Of a stretch of DNA of 64,000 nucleotides, positions 1 to 8,558 are shown in pieces. A program made the translations under genes and the position numbers. Source of the stretch: Myxococcota bacterium (GTDB taxonomy: Bacteria > Myxococcota_A > UBA796 > UBA2385). The notes under the pieces are model-generated. The model had not been told where the DNA came from. It made no database searches and saw nothing but the letters and a program-made list of their open reading frames with translations. Where the stretch lies: positions 32,001-96,000 of the forward strand of contig JBIJDH010000016.1 of assembly GCA_044344255.1 (NCBI GenBank). Reading direction: 5' to 3'. Position 1 is the stretch's first letter; each line of letters begins with the position of its first letter.

Positions 1-503
1 TGAACGTGCGCGTCACCCTCAAAGAGGTCGAGGACGACCCAGCGGCCGCCCTCGAGGCGCCACACCTCGAGCGTGCGGGTGCGCGGGTTGAGCAGCCAGT
101 AATGGGCCACGCCGGCGCGGGCGTAGGCGCGGGCCTTCGCGCCGCGATCTCTGGCTTCGGTGCGCGGGGAGAGGATCTCACACACCCAGTCGGGCGCGAT
201 CTCGATCGCCGCCTCCTTGAAGGGGGGGAGCCTCCCGTCCTTCCACCCAGCGAGGTCAGGGACCAGGGCCTCTTGGGAGAGGTGGAGCTCTGGCTCCGGC
301 AGGATCAGCCAGCCGCCGGGGCCGCCGCGCCCCTTCTGAAAGGGGCCCTTGAGCTCTGCCCCCAGGCCGAGCTGCGCGAAGGCGTGCGCGGGAGCGGGGC
401 GAGGGCTGACCACCAGCTCGCCCGCGATGATCTCTCCCACACAGTCATCGGGCACGGACCAGAGGTCGGCGAAGGTCGAGCGGCGGGGCGCGGGCAGGGC
501 CAT
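1..503 (-). CDS. Uma2-family (PD-(D/E)XK) endonuclease, truncated by the window edge
   Basis: Hand translation from ATG at 503: MALPAPRRSTFADL...GEIIAGELVVSPRP...GPGGWLILPEPELHL...VPDLAGW...APDWVCEILSPRT..RDRGAK..AYARAGVAHYWLLNP. These are typical Uma2 motifs. Absent from the ORF track because no stop falls in the window. Confidence 0.9.
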   Translation of the reverse strand, partial: MALPAPRRSTFADLWSVPDDCVGEIIAGELVVSPRPAPAHAFAQLGLGAELKGPFQKGRGGPGGWLILPEPELHLSQEALVPDLAGWKDGRLPPFKEAAIEIAPDWVCEILSPRTEARDRGAKARAYARAGVAHYWLLNPRTRTLEVWRLEGGRWVVLDLFEGDAHV

Positions 504-554
504 GAACGCCTCTACCTCAGCCGACGGCCGCTCGCCCTTGCCCATCGAGCGGGC

Positions 555-1595
555 TCAGTCGAGGCCGCAGGCGAGGCGAGCGCGGTTCAGGGTCTGGCGG
601 GCCACGGCGCGGGCCTTCTCGGCCCCCGCTCGGAGCACAACGTCGACCTCTTCGGGGTGGGCGTGCAGCCAGGCCTTCTTCTCGCGGGCGGGGCCGAAGC
701 GGGCGTCGATCTGGGCCATCAGGGCCTGCTTGGCGTGGCCGTCGCCGTAGTTGCCGGCTCGGTAGCGCGCCGCCACCTCGGCGAGCTCGTCGGGCCCGGC
801 GAAGAGCTTCATCATCTCGTAGGCCACGCGGCCCTCGGGCTCCTTCGGGGCCTCCAAGGGCGTACTGTCGGTCACGATCGCGTTGACCCGCCGCTTCAGC
901 TCTTTGCCGGCCGCGAAGATCGGGATGGCGTTGTTGTAGCTCTTCGACATCTTGGTGCCGTCGGTGCCGATGACGTAGGGCGCCTCGGAGAGCTGGTGGC
1001 GCGGGACCACGAAGACCTCCCCGAAGGCCGCGTTGAAGGCGCCGGCGAGGTCTCGCGCCATCTCGACGTGGGTGACCTGGTCTTTGCCCACCGGCACGAC
1101 GTCGCTGTCGTAGATGAGGATGTCGGCCGCCATCAGCACCGGGTACACGAGCAGGCCGGCGTTGGCGTCGAGCCCGCGGGCGACCTTGTCCTTGTACGAG
1201 GGGCTGCGCTCGAGGTGCCCGGCGCTGATGCAGTTGAGCAGCAGCCAGGTGAGCTCGGTGACCTCGGGCACGTCGGACTGGCGGAACAGCACCGAGCGGG
1301 CGGGGTCGAGCCCCAGCGCGAGGTAGGTGGCGGCGACGTCGAAGGTGCGGTCGCGCAGCAAGGCGGCCGGCGTCAGCTTCGCAGCCGCCGCCGACTCCAC
1401 GAGCGTGGTGAGCGCGTGGTAGTTGGCGATGAAGTAGTAAGAATTGCCGGCCTCCTGGTAGCGGAGGTGCTGCACGATGGCGCCAAAGTAGTTGCCGAGG
1501 TGCAGCTCGCCGCTCGGCTGGAGGCCGGAGAGGAAGCGGAGGGGCCGCGGCGGGGTCGAGGGCGAGGCGGCCGGGGGGAGCGTCGGAGGAGACAT
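555..1595 (-). CDS. trpS: Tryptophan--tRNA ligase
   Basis: SGLQPSGELHLGNY (HIGH-like), YPVLMAADIL, VPVGKDQ and KMSKS motifs. Start placed at ATG 1595 rather than the ORF-track start 2321. Confidence 0.97.
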   Translation of the reverse strand: MSPPTLPPAASPSTPPRPLRFLSGLQPSGELHLGNYFGAIVQHLRYQEAGNSYYFIANYHALTTLVESAAAAKLTPAALLRDRTFDVAATYLALGLDPARSVLFRQSDVPEVTELTWLLLNCISAGHLERSPSYKDKVARGLDANAGLLVYPVLMAADILIYDSDVVPVGKDQVTHVEMARDLAGAFNAAFGEVFVVPRHQLSEAPYVIGTDGTKMSKSYNNAIPIFAAGKELKRRVNAIVTDSTPLEAPKEPEGRVAYEMMKLFAGPDELAEVAARYRAGNYGDGHAKQALMAQIDARFGPAREKKAWLHAHPEEVDVVLRAGAEKARAVARQTLNRARLACGLD

Positions 1596-1671
1596 CGGGG
1601 ACCTGCTGCGGAGGGGGCTTTGGGTAACCCGCGGCCTCCGCGCCTGCGCCCTCCAGCCCCCGCGCCCCCCG

Positions 1672-2083
1672 TCAGTACCAGACGCTCCCCGTGCCCAGGG
1701 CCAGCCCGAGGCCCCGCATCGCGTGCGCAGAGTCGCCGACGACGTCGAGGTAGAGCTGCTCGTCGCCCTTACGGAGGGGCGGCCATCTTCTCCATGCTCT
1801 CGAGGAAATGACCGGTGAACTGGAGCCGCTGGACGAGCAGGCGCACCTCCTGATCGGGGGCCCTCTTCGCCGCCTCGTCGTAGAGGATGAGCTGCCTTCG
1901 GCAGGCGATAGAACCAGACGGGGATCTGCTGCAGCAGCGCAGACCGGGCCTTGGGCGTGCTGCGGCCGCGGGCGACCGCGTAGGCCGCGCCTTGCAGGAT
2001 GTGGGCGCCGCCGAAGGTGTACTTGAAGATGCCCTGGCCCTTCTTCTCGAAGTCGGCGCCGGAGCTCATGGCGTCGGCGATGA
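1672..2083 (-). pseudogene. Decayed duplicate of the 3' end of the 32464-33747 lipoprotein gene (left island boundary)
   Basis: Aligns to 32464-32990. Positions 2015-2083 are identical to 32922-32990. The copy has a 116-bp deletion (equivalent to 32571-32686), a +1 insertion and many synonymous differences. Confidence 0.93.
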
Positions 2084-2517
2084 TGCGCGGGGAGACCGCG
2101 GATTGCAGCTCGCGAGCTCGCTCGATGAACCGCTCTATGTCGTCCTCCCGCTTCGCCTCGCGGAGCTCCCGGTGTACGTGGCCACGCCAGATACGGCTCT
2201 TCGGCCAGTTTCCGCGCACGCTCGACGCGGTCCCACCCAGATGCTCTCTCTTTGCCATTTCCTCCTGGCAGAGCTCATGGGAGTCCGGCGGCGTAGGCCA
2301 GGTGCGCCGGGCCCCTCGCACAAGCCGGCTTTGCCGGCGCGGAGAGGGTGGCGCGCCTTGCCGAAGCCGCCGGACGCCATACCCTCATGCCTGGAGGGAA
2401 TGGCCGTCGACGCCGCGGGCAACGTGCGTGCTCAAGCCGCAACCGGCGTGCGCCGCTACACCAGTCCTCCGCGTCGGTGGCCGGGAAGATCTTGTCCGTA
2501 GATCAGAGGATCAGGTG

Positions 2518-3417
2518 TCAGAAGATCGGCCTCACGAGACGGAAACCGTGGTAATCGTAGCGGGCTCGGGGGTCGACCTCGCCGCGGTACGAGACCCGGG
2601 CGATGGACTCGGGGTAATCGCACCGGCCCCCGCGGTAGACCTTGACGACTGACGATAGTCCGTCTGGATTCTCTACATCTCCACGATCGTAACCCTCAGA
2701 GTCGTACCCGTCGTTGACCCACTCCCAGACGTTGCCGCTCATGTCGTAGAGACCGCAGGCGTTCGGCTCTTTCTCTCCCACTGGGTGGGTCTCGCTGTCG
2801 CTATTGTCGCTATACCAGCCCACCTCATCCAGATCGTCGGAGCCGGCATACTTCAGGTCTGTGCCGCAGCGTGCGGACGCCTCCCACTCCGCCTCTGTGG
2901 GCAAGCGCCAGCCCTCACTCTCGTACGGGTCGCCCTTCGGCCCGCATGTCACGGAGGTCCCCTCCCCACTGCAGTGGTAGAAGGGCACCAGCCCATTCTC
3001 CACAGAACGGGCGTTGGCGTAGTCCGCTGCCATATGCCAGCTCACCTTCTCCACCGGGCAGTCATCACCACAGCTCGAGGAGTACGACGGCGTCGCACCC
3101 TCCATCAGACGCGCGTACTCCCCCTGGGTCACCTCCGTGCTGTCCATGACCCACGAGTGCGTGAGCGTCACCATATGCGCCGGCTCCTCATCCGGTTCGC
3201 AGTCCCCTCCCTGCCCCGGCGTGCAGCCCATCTCGAAGGTCTGCGCCTCCACACGTTCCGTCTCATACGGGGGTGGACCCAAGTCAACATCGGTGTCTGC
3301 GTCGGTGTCCGCGTCAGCGTCCGCATCCCCCTCACCGCCGTTTCCGCCAAAGGCAGCGTCCATCTCGGCGTCGGTCACCCAGCAGCCCGCCAACAACAGC
3401 ATAAGCACATTCACCAT
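2518..3417 (-). CDS. FGE-sulfatase (SUMF1-like/C-lectin fold) domain lipoprotein
   Basis: Lipobox LLAGC, DA/DT linker, F.MG, TEVTQ, PVEKVSW, RLPTEAEWE, NACGLYDMSGNVWEW, RGG...GFRLVR. The start overlaps the stop of the upstream gene. Confidence 0.9.
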   Translation of the reverse strand: MVNVLMLLLAGCWVTDAEMDAAFGGNGGEGDADADADTDADTDVDLGPPPYETERVEAQTFEMGCTPGQGGDCEPDEEPAHMVTLTHSWVMDSTEVTQGEYARLMEGATPSYSSSCGDDCPVEKVSWHMAADYANARSVENGLVPFYHCSGEGTSVTCGPKGDPYESEGWRLPTEAEWEASARCGTDLKYAGSDDLDEVGWYSDNSDSETHPVGEKEPNACGLYDMSGNVWEWVNDGYDSEGYDRGDVENPDGLSSVVKVYRGGRCDYPESIARVSYRGEVDPRARYDYHGFRLVRPIF

Positions 3418-5003
3418 CGCATGCTCCAGGTTAGCCCAGGTCCATTCAGTCCGAAAGTTGCGGAGACCGGCTGGGTGAATCCCACCACCGCAAGCAGCCC
3501 TCCCACACCGGCGAGGCCGTAACCCATGGCGTAAATCGAATTTGTGGAGCCCTGCAGAGACCTGGCGTCGGCCTCATTGAGCGAGCCCTGTTCCACACCG
3601 GAGAGGATAGACCGCTCTCTGGCCCAGCCCAGGCCCACAAGCGCACCTCCCAAAACAAGCCCGGCCCCGCCGGAAATCAGGAGCGGCCGTCGCGCGCTCG
3701 GAGCTTCCCTATGGCGCCGGCTGTCGTCCAGATCCTCATCCAACGTCCCTGGATGCGGCTGGCGCTCCACCTGACGATCGGCGCGAGAAGGCGGTTCATC
3801 CTCAACCTCCGAAATGGGACGCTGGATTGGTTTGGGAGCAAGGCGCGCCCGCGCTTCTTCCACCTCAGGAAGACTCACCTTGTAACTCTTACCATCCATC
3901 ACGATCGAGGCCGTTGAATACTCCCCGATGTAGGCCCGAATCGCCTGCTCCGCCATCGGTCCGCCGCGGTCCGCCACCTCCTTCGTGCTCTGCCAGTCCC
4001 GACGCGCCTGGTTTCGTAGATCGGAGACCTTGTCCGATCGCTCGGTCGCTCTTCGTCGGGCCTGCTCCACCGCCTCCTGCTCCAAGCGCAGCTGTTCCCG
4101 CTTCAGCGCCTGCAGGCGATCTTGGAGGTCGGAACCACCCGCCCGAGGGAGACTCGCCGGGTCAAGCGGATCCCGAGGGACCTTCGCCGTCAGTGCCTTC
4201 CGAGGGCCACCCACGAGCTCCGGGGTCTGGCTGTTTTGCCCCACCTGCCGCACCGACCGCGATGTCCACGCCTTCAGCTCATCCGAGGACACTGCCCCAT
4301 CCACAGCACCCAGCTCCCCATCGGCCCAGCCGCGGAGGCCGCCCACCAGTAGGTAGGTGAAGAGCCCGTGCCGCGCGGGCTCGTAGGCCCCCGCGACCTC
4401 GGAGGGACTCGCGCCGCTCCAGACGGTCACCCGATCTCGGGACTGGAGGGCGTAGACCGGCACCATCGGCCGACCGGCCACCAGGGCCTCCCCGCTCCGG
4501 GTGGCGTTGACATAGCAGGCATCGAGCACGATCACGACCTCGGCCGCCTTGGAGGTCACCGCGATGTCCTCGACCTCGGAGAGGGAGAGGGTGAAGTCCA
4601 CGAAGGTGCGGGCGTCCGCCTCGGCGCTCTTGCCCACCAGCGCCCGCTCGGTCTCCCCGTCGGAGCCAGTGGGCACCGCGGTGCCGTGGCCGGCGAAGTA
4701 GATCCAAAGAGTGCCACCTGCTTTCACTTCCGCCGCCGCGGACTTGATCGACTCGCGGATCGCGGCATGCGAGCCGTTCACGAGCAGGTGGGCCTGATCG
4801 GGCGGCAGGCCGCGTGTGTAGACCAGCCAGTCGTAGAAGACCTGCGCATCTCGGGCCGCGTAGGGTACGTCGGGGAGGGAGGCGTAGTCCTCGTTTCCGA
4901 CGACGATGGCAGCGTCGGCGGACGTTGTTGTGCCCGTTCGCAGCGGCTCATCGACAGAGGGGGGCTCTGCGGCGAGGGCGGCACCCAACAAGGCGAGCAA
5001 CAT
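3411..5003 (-). CDS. Secreted caspase-like (peptidase C14) protein with coiled coil and C-terminal hydrophobic hairpin
   Basis: Signal peptide MLLALLGAALA, AIVVGNEDY, YFAGHG (His) and LDACY (Cys) dyad, GLFTY. Start placed at ATG 5003, just below a sigma54 promoter. Confidence 0.88.
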   Translation of the reverse strand: MLLALLGAALAAEPPSVDEPLRTGTTTSADAAIVVGNEDYASLPDVPYAARDAQVFYDWLVYTRGLPPDQAHLLVNGSHAAIRESIKSAAAEVKAGGTLWIYFAGHGTAVPTGSDGETERALVGKSAEADARTFVDFTLSLSEVEDIAVTSKAAEVVIVLDACYVNATRSGEALVAGRPMVPVYALQSRDRVTVWSGASPSEVAGAYEPARHGLFTYLLVGGLRGWADGELGAVDGAVSSDELKAWTSRSVRQVGQNSQTPELVGGPRKALTAKVPRDPLDPASLPRAGGSDLQDRLQALKREQLRLEQEAVEQARRRATERSDKVSDLRNQARRDWQSTKEVADRGGPMAEQAIRAYIGEYSTASIVMDGKSYKVSLPEVEEARARLAPKPIQRPISEVEDEPPSRADRQVERQPHPGTLDEDLDDSRRHREAPSARRPLLISGGAGLVLGGALVGLGWARERSILSGVEQGSLNEADARSLQGSTNSIYAMGYGLAGVGGLLAVVGFTQPVSATFGLNGPGLTWSMRW

Positions 5004-5031
5004 AGAGACTCCAATCCGTTCGAGGCAGGGT

Positions 5032-5047
5032 AGCAAGTCCTGTGCCG
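5032..5047 (-). promoter_or_regulatory. sigma54 (-24/-12) promoter
   Basis: Minus strand CGGCACA-GGAC-TTGCT, exact GG-N10-GC spacing, about 30 nt upstream of the ATG at 5003. Confidence 0.8.
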
Positions 5048-5151
5048 CTTGAACAGCGCAGTCGATCGCACCGAATTCGCCCCTCCCGCGCGAAACGGCG
5101 TGGCCACCACACGCAGCACCGCGTCCCCCATACGCGGCACCGCCCCGGGGC

Positions 5152-5407
5152 TCGGCCGGGAGTCGGGAAGCGGGCCTCGAATTCGACCCTCCGACCAGCC
5201 TCGCGGCGGGCCGTCTGGTGGTGGTTCCGGCCGTCGACGAGGTTGCTCTCCCCGAGCAGGCGGAAGGCTTCTCCAGCCCGAGGCGGCTCCGGGGCTCATC
5301 GATGATGTAGGCGCGGAGTACCTTGGCATCATCGAGGTCGATGAGGGCCTCGCCTGTGTCGCGCCGTCGCTCGCCTTCGTCCACCCAGGCCGCCGCCGCC
5401 TGGATGA
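5152..5407 (-). pseudogene. 3' remnant of a sigma54 activator paralogous to 30830-32419
   Basis: Encodes QAAAAWVD...DLDDAKVLRAYIIDE...RNHHQTARREAGRRVEFEA across two 1-nt frameshifts, matching the C-terminus of the intact activator. Cut off at the IS end. Confidence 0.88.
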
Positions 5408-7141
5408 GGGGGGGTGTGATCCACATACGGTTACGCAGCCGCCATGGTGATCTCCGGAGAGAACGCCTGGCAGAGGTGGGACGTGAGGCCCGGGCTCTGC
5501 CAGAAGTCGTCCCAGCGTTCGACGAGGGTGAGGAGCCGCATGCGGATGGTGGCGACCGCGGAGTCTGGGGGCCAGCGTGCGCCGGGCATCTTGCGCCGCA
5601 TCTGGCTTGCGGTCCGATGAAGGGACTCCATGGCGCCGGAGCCGATCTGGATGCCCGCGAGCTGGTAGGCGGGGTAGTCCATTCGGTCGGCGTTGTTGGA
5701 GACGAAGCCCAGGAGGGCCTTCACGGCGATGTCATGCCTTGGTTCGGTGGGCTCGTCGGTGAGCTGGCGGGCGGGGTGCTCGCCGGCGCCGTGGGGGTCG
5801 GCGCTCTGCTGGATGTCCATGGCCTGCACACCGATGGCCTGGCCGACCGAGTGGGCGGCTCGCTCGGGCTTGGTGTGGCCGGCGCGCAGCTTGGGGGGCT
5901 TCGCAGGCTCGCTCTTGTAGGGGCGGCCGAGGAGGTCGGTGCAGATGCGCCGGGTCCAGGCGGCTGCGGCGCGGCTCCCGGTGCCGAAGCGCTCCGCCGC
6001 GCAGGCGGCGATGTGCTCCGCCGCGTGGAACCAGTCGAGGATGGTGATGGCGTCGGCCGGCAGCGCGGGGACGACGTGGGTGCGGGTCCAGGGAGCGCGG
6101 TCGGTGATGAGCACCACCTGCGCCCGCTGCCCATCGGCGAGCACATCATCGACCGGAATGAGGTCTTCTTGTCTCAGGCTCCCGAAGAGGGCGCCGATGG
6201 CGGTGTAGTCCCCCACGTGAAGTCCCCGCCGAGGTATACGACGCCGCCAGAGCGAGGTTCATGCACCACAATCTCACGCCGTTGATCATCTTCCACGCCG
6301 CTGGTGCTGTCGTCCCCGTAGCGTGCGGAGCGCGTGGGCATCCGTGGAGGCGTAGAGAATCGGCCGGTTGGAGTCCTGATGCCGAGTGGCGCGTTCGGTG
6401 AGGAGCGCTCGGCCGGTGTCCGGCGCCCGAAAGGTCCATCGCCGGTCGAGCAGCCGGCCGATGGCGTACTGGTGGCGGGCGATGGTGGTGTCTTCGACGG
6501 GGGCGTCGTCGTGGGTGAAGAAGCGCATCGCCTCCTCCGCCTGTTGGAAGGGCAGCAAGGTCCCCAGGCGCGCCTCCCATTCCAGGGCCAGCTCGGAGGA
6601 CCGGCACCGCCCGTGGTAAGGAAAGACCGCCGCCCGCGCGGGCGCGCGGACACGGCCGCCCGCGTCGAAGTAGGCGAACAACGGCACCCGGATGACGCCC
6701 AGCGTGGTGGTCTGCTGGATGGTGTAGCTCCCGTCCAACCGAAACCGCAGCGGCTCCGACGAGGGCTCCGCCTCCTGCGTCGCCGCCAGTCAAGCCCGCG
6801 ACAACGTCACCTCAAGCACCAGGTGCCCCACCGCCAGGATCACCTGCCAAACCCGGCGCTCCGCCGCCGCACCCGGCAGCAGGGGGCCCTCGAGCAGCGG
6901 CCCGATGAGCGCGCCAAACGACGCGAGCAGCCGCTCCTTGACGTGAGTGCTGTCCTGGGTGATCGTAGAGGTGGCGGTCACGGCTGCGTCCTTCTTGGGC
7001 GTGGTGCCCAGGTTCGGGTTCAACAACGCAGTCGTACCGCCACCTCCTTCGCTGTCGATCCCCGCGGTGCGTCGCCCGGCCCCTTCATGTCGGGCGGCCA
7101 CTCAGGTCAGGCCGAAACCGTTTCGTGAATCACTCCCCCCC
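5408..7141 (-). mobile_element. ISKra4-family insertion sequence (defective)
   Basis: Imperfect terminal inverted repeats: G7-TGTGATCCACATACGGTT (5408-5432) and the reverse complement of 7116-7141, G7-AGTGATTCACGAAACGGTT. They enclose transposase fragments. Confidence 0.8.
5431..7101 (-). pseudogene. ISKra4/UPF0236-type DDE transposase, disrupted
   Basis: Motifs ITDRAPW, ILDWFHAAEH, RMDYP.Y...G.QIGSGAMES and MPGARW. In-frame TGA at 6790-6792 and frameshifts near 6200-6330 split it into ORFs 6790-7101, 6286-6738 and 5431-6216. Confidence 0.85.
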
Positions 7142-7296
7142 AGCAGTGCTGGGGCCACTTCTATAGCGGCGGTGGAGAGAGTGATGCTTCAACCGGGGCG
7201 GCACACTGCGGGATGCCGCCCTCGAGCGTTCGACCCTCCTGTCCGTCTGGAAAGGGCCTTCCTCCGGGTCTCCGCAGGTGGTAGCTTGTCGGCAGG

Positions 7297-7312
7297 TGGA
7301 TGCCCCGTTGCC
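7297..7312 (+). promoter_or_regulatory. Possible degenerate sigma54 promoter
   Basis: TGGATGC-CCCG-TTGCC keeps GG-N10-GC spacing about 50 nt upstream of ATG 7361, but the -24 box matches poorly. Confidence 0.35.
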
Positions 7313-7360
7313 TGTGTTGAGCGCCAGATGCCCTGTTTCCTACCAGCAGAGGGGCGGTTG

Positions 7361-8545
7361 ATGGCCGTCTTCCTACTGCTTCTCAGCTCGGCATGGGCTG
7401 GTTGGGTGCAGGTTGACGCATCGGGCCATTGTGTCGTTCAGCATCCCGACCAGCACCGCATGGAGACGGTGGCGGACAGCTTCAGGCGCAGGGAGGATCT
7501 CGCGGCTGTGGAGGAGGCGGCTCGGGCTCGTGCCTTGAGCGCCCTCTTCTCGTCGGTCTGCGCGGGGCAGGGGCCGGCGGATTGTGACGCGATTCGGAAA
7601 CGGGTGGGCGTGGAGGTCGCCGTGGACCTGGAGCGGAGGCTGATCTGCGCCTCAGCCCTGGTGCCGGCCGAGATTGTGGAGGATCCCGGCGGTCGACTGA
7701 AGTATGATGCAGCCCTGGATGAGCTGTCTGCGCGGGCTGCTGAGTCTCTTGCCGGACGGCCGGTCGGTGCGGTGGTCGCTCGGCTCTCGACCGGCTGTGG
7801 AGCGGGTGACGCTGGCGTTGCCCTCGCGAGCTCGGTTCGGGCGGGCCTCGCAAATCGAGGGGTCCCAGTCGTTCAGGGGGAGGGGGATCGCCTCTCGCTG
7901 GTCGTCACGCCGATCGCGGACATGGCCAACGTGGAATTGTGGCGACGACCCTCCGCGGGTGGCGCCGAAGTGCAGGTCGGGGCGGCTCGGGTCGCCACGT
8001 CCTGGCTTGGCCTCACCTATTCACATGGAGGAGAGTGCCGCGGCGACTCCAAGCTCGGTATTGGGCGCTCCGGGACAGCACCCGGTTCGGGGGGGCTCAC
8101 CGTCGCTGGGACCCTGGCGACGGAGGGAGCTCTCTGCGCTGGCGAACGTACGAGCCTAAGTATTCGGAGCTCAGCCCCCGCCCGGGTGCAGGTGTGGAGC
8201 GTTGGCCGCAGCGGCGACGCCTGGCTGACCTGGGACTCCGCGACCGAGGCTGCGGTTGGGGCCGGCGGCCTCGATCGGCGTGCCTCGTTGGAGCTCGAGG
8301 CCGAGTACGTACCGGCGCTCGGCGAAGAGACTCTCCTCGTGGTGGCCTGGCCTCTCGGTGAACGGGCCTTGCCTGGAGGTCCGGGATGCCGGCGGATGAG
8401 CCTGGGCGCCGCCGACCTCCCCGCTTCGGCGGCCCGATTGGCCCTCCCCTTTACGGTGACCCCGCCGGGGGAGGGGAGGTGCCCCACCGCGGCTGAGGAT
8501 CGCGCCGTCTATCAGAGCTACCAGTCCGCTCCACTCTGCCGATGA
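7361..8545 (+). CDS. Secreted Cys-rich protein, LPP20-like N-terminus and DUF4384-like C-terminus (paralog of 28052-29302)
   Basis: Signal peptide MAVFLLLLSSAWA. Shares CAG..C, EC..D..LG, PARV.(V/I).SV, EE.L..VA.P.G, GEGRC and APLC with 28052-29302. Confidence 0.7.
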   Translation: MAVFLLLLSSAWAGWVQVDASGHCVVQHPDQHRMETVADSFRRREDLAAVEEAARARALSALFSSVCAGQGPADCDAIRKRVGVEVAVDLERRLICASALVPAEIVEDPGGRLKYDAALDELSARAAESLAGRPVGAVVARLSTGCGAGDAGVALASSVRAGLANRGVPVVQGEGDRLSLVVTPIADMANVELWRRPSAGGAEVQVGAARVATSWLGLTYSHGGECRGDSKLGIGRSGTAPGSGGLTVAGTLATEGALCAGERTSLSIRSSAPARVQVWSVGRSGDAWLTWDSATEAAVGAGGLDRRASLELEAEYVPALGEETLLVVAWPLGERALPGGPGCRRMSLGAADLPASAARLALPFTVTPPGEGRCPTAAEDRAVYQSYQSAPLCR

Positions 8546-8558
8546 TCCTGGAGCAGCC

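Noticed and set aside
1596..2321. Apparent 240-aa N-terminal extension of TrpS in the ORF track
   Set aside because: It is a chance open frame running through the decayed gene-end duplicate and intergenic DNA. TrpS motifs start right after ATG 1595.
5004..5426. Apparent activator-caspase fusion (ORF 3411-5426)
   Set aside because: The upstream part is a frameshifted activator remnant plus a sigma54 promoter and the IS end. The signal peptide starts at 5003.
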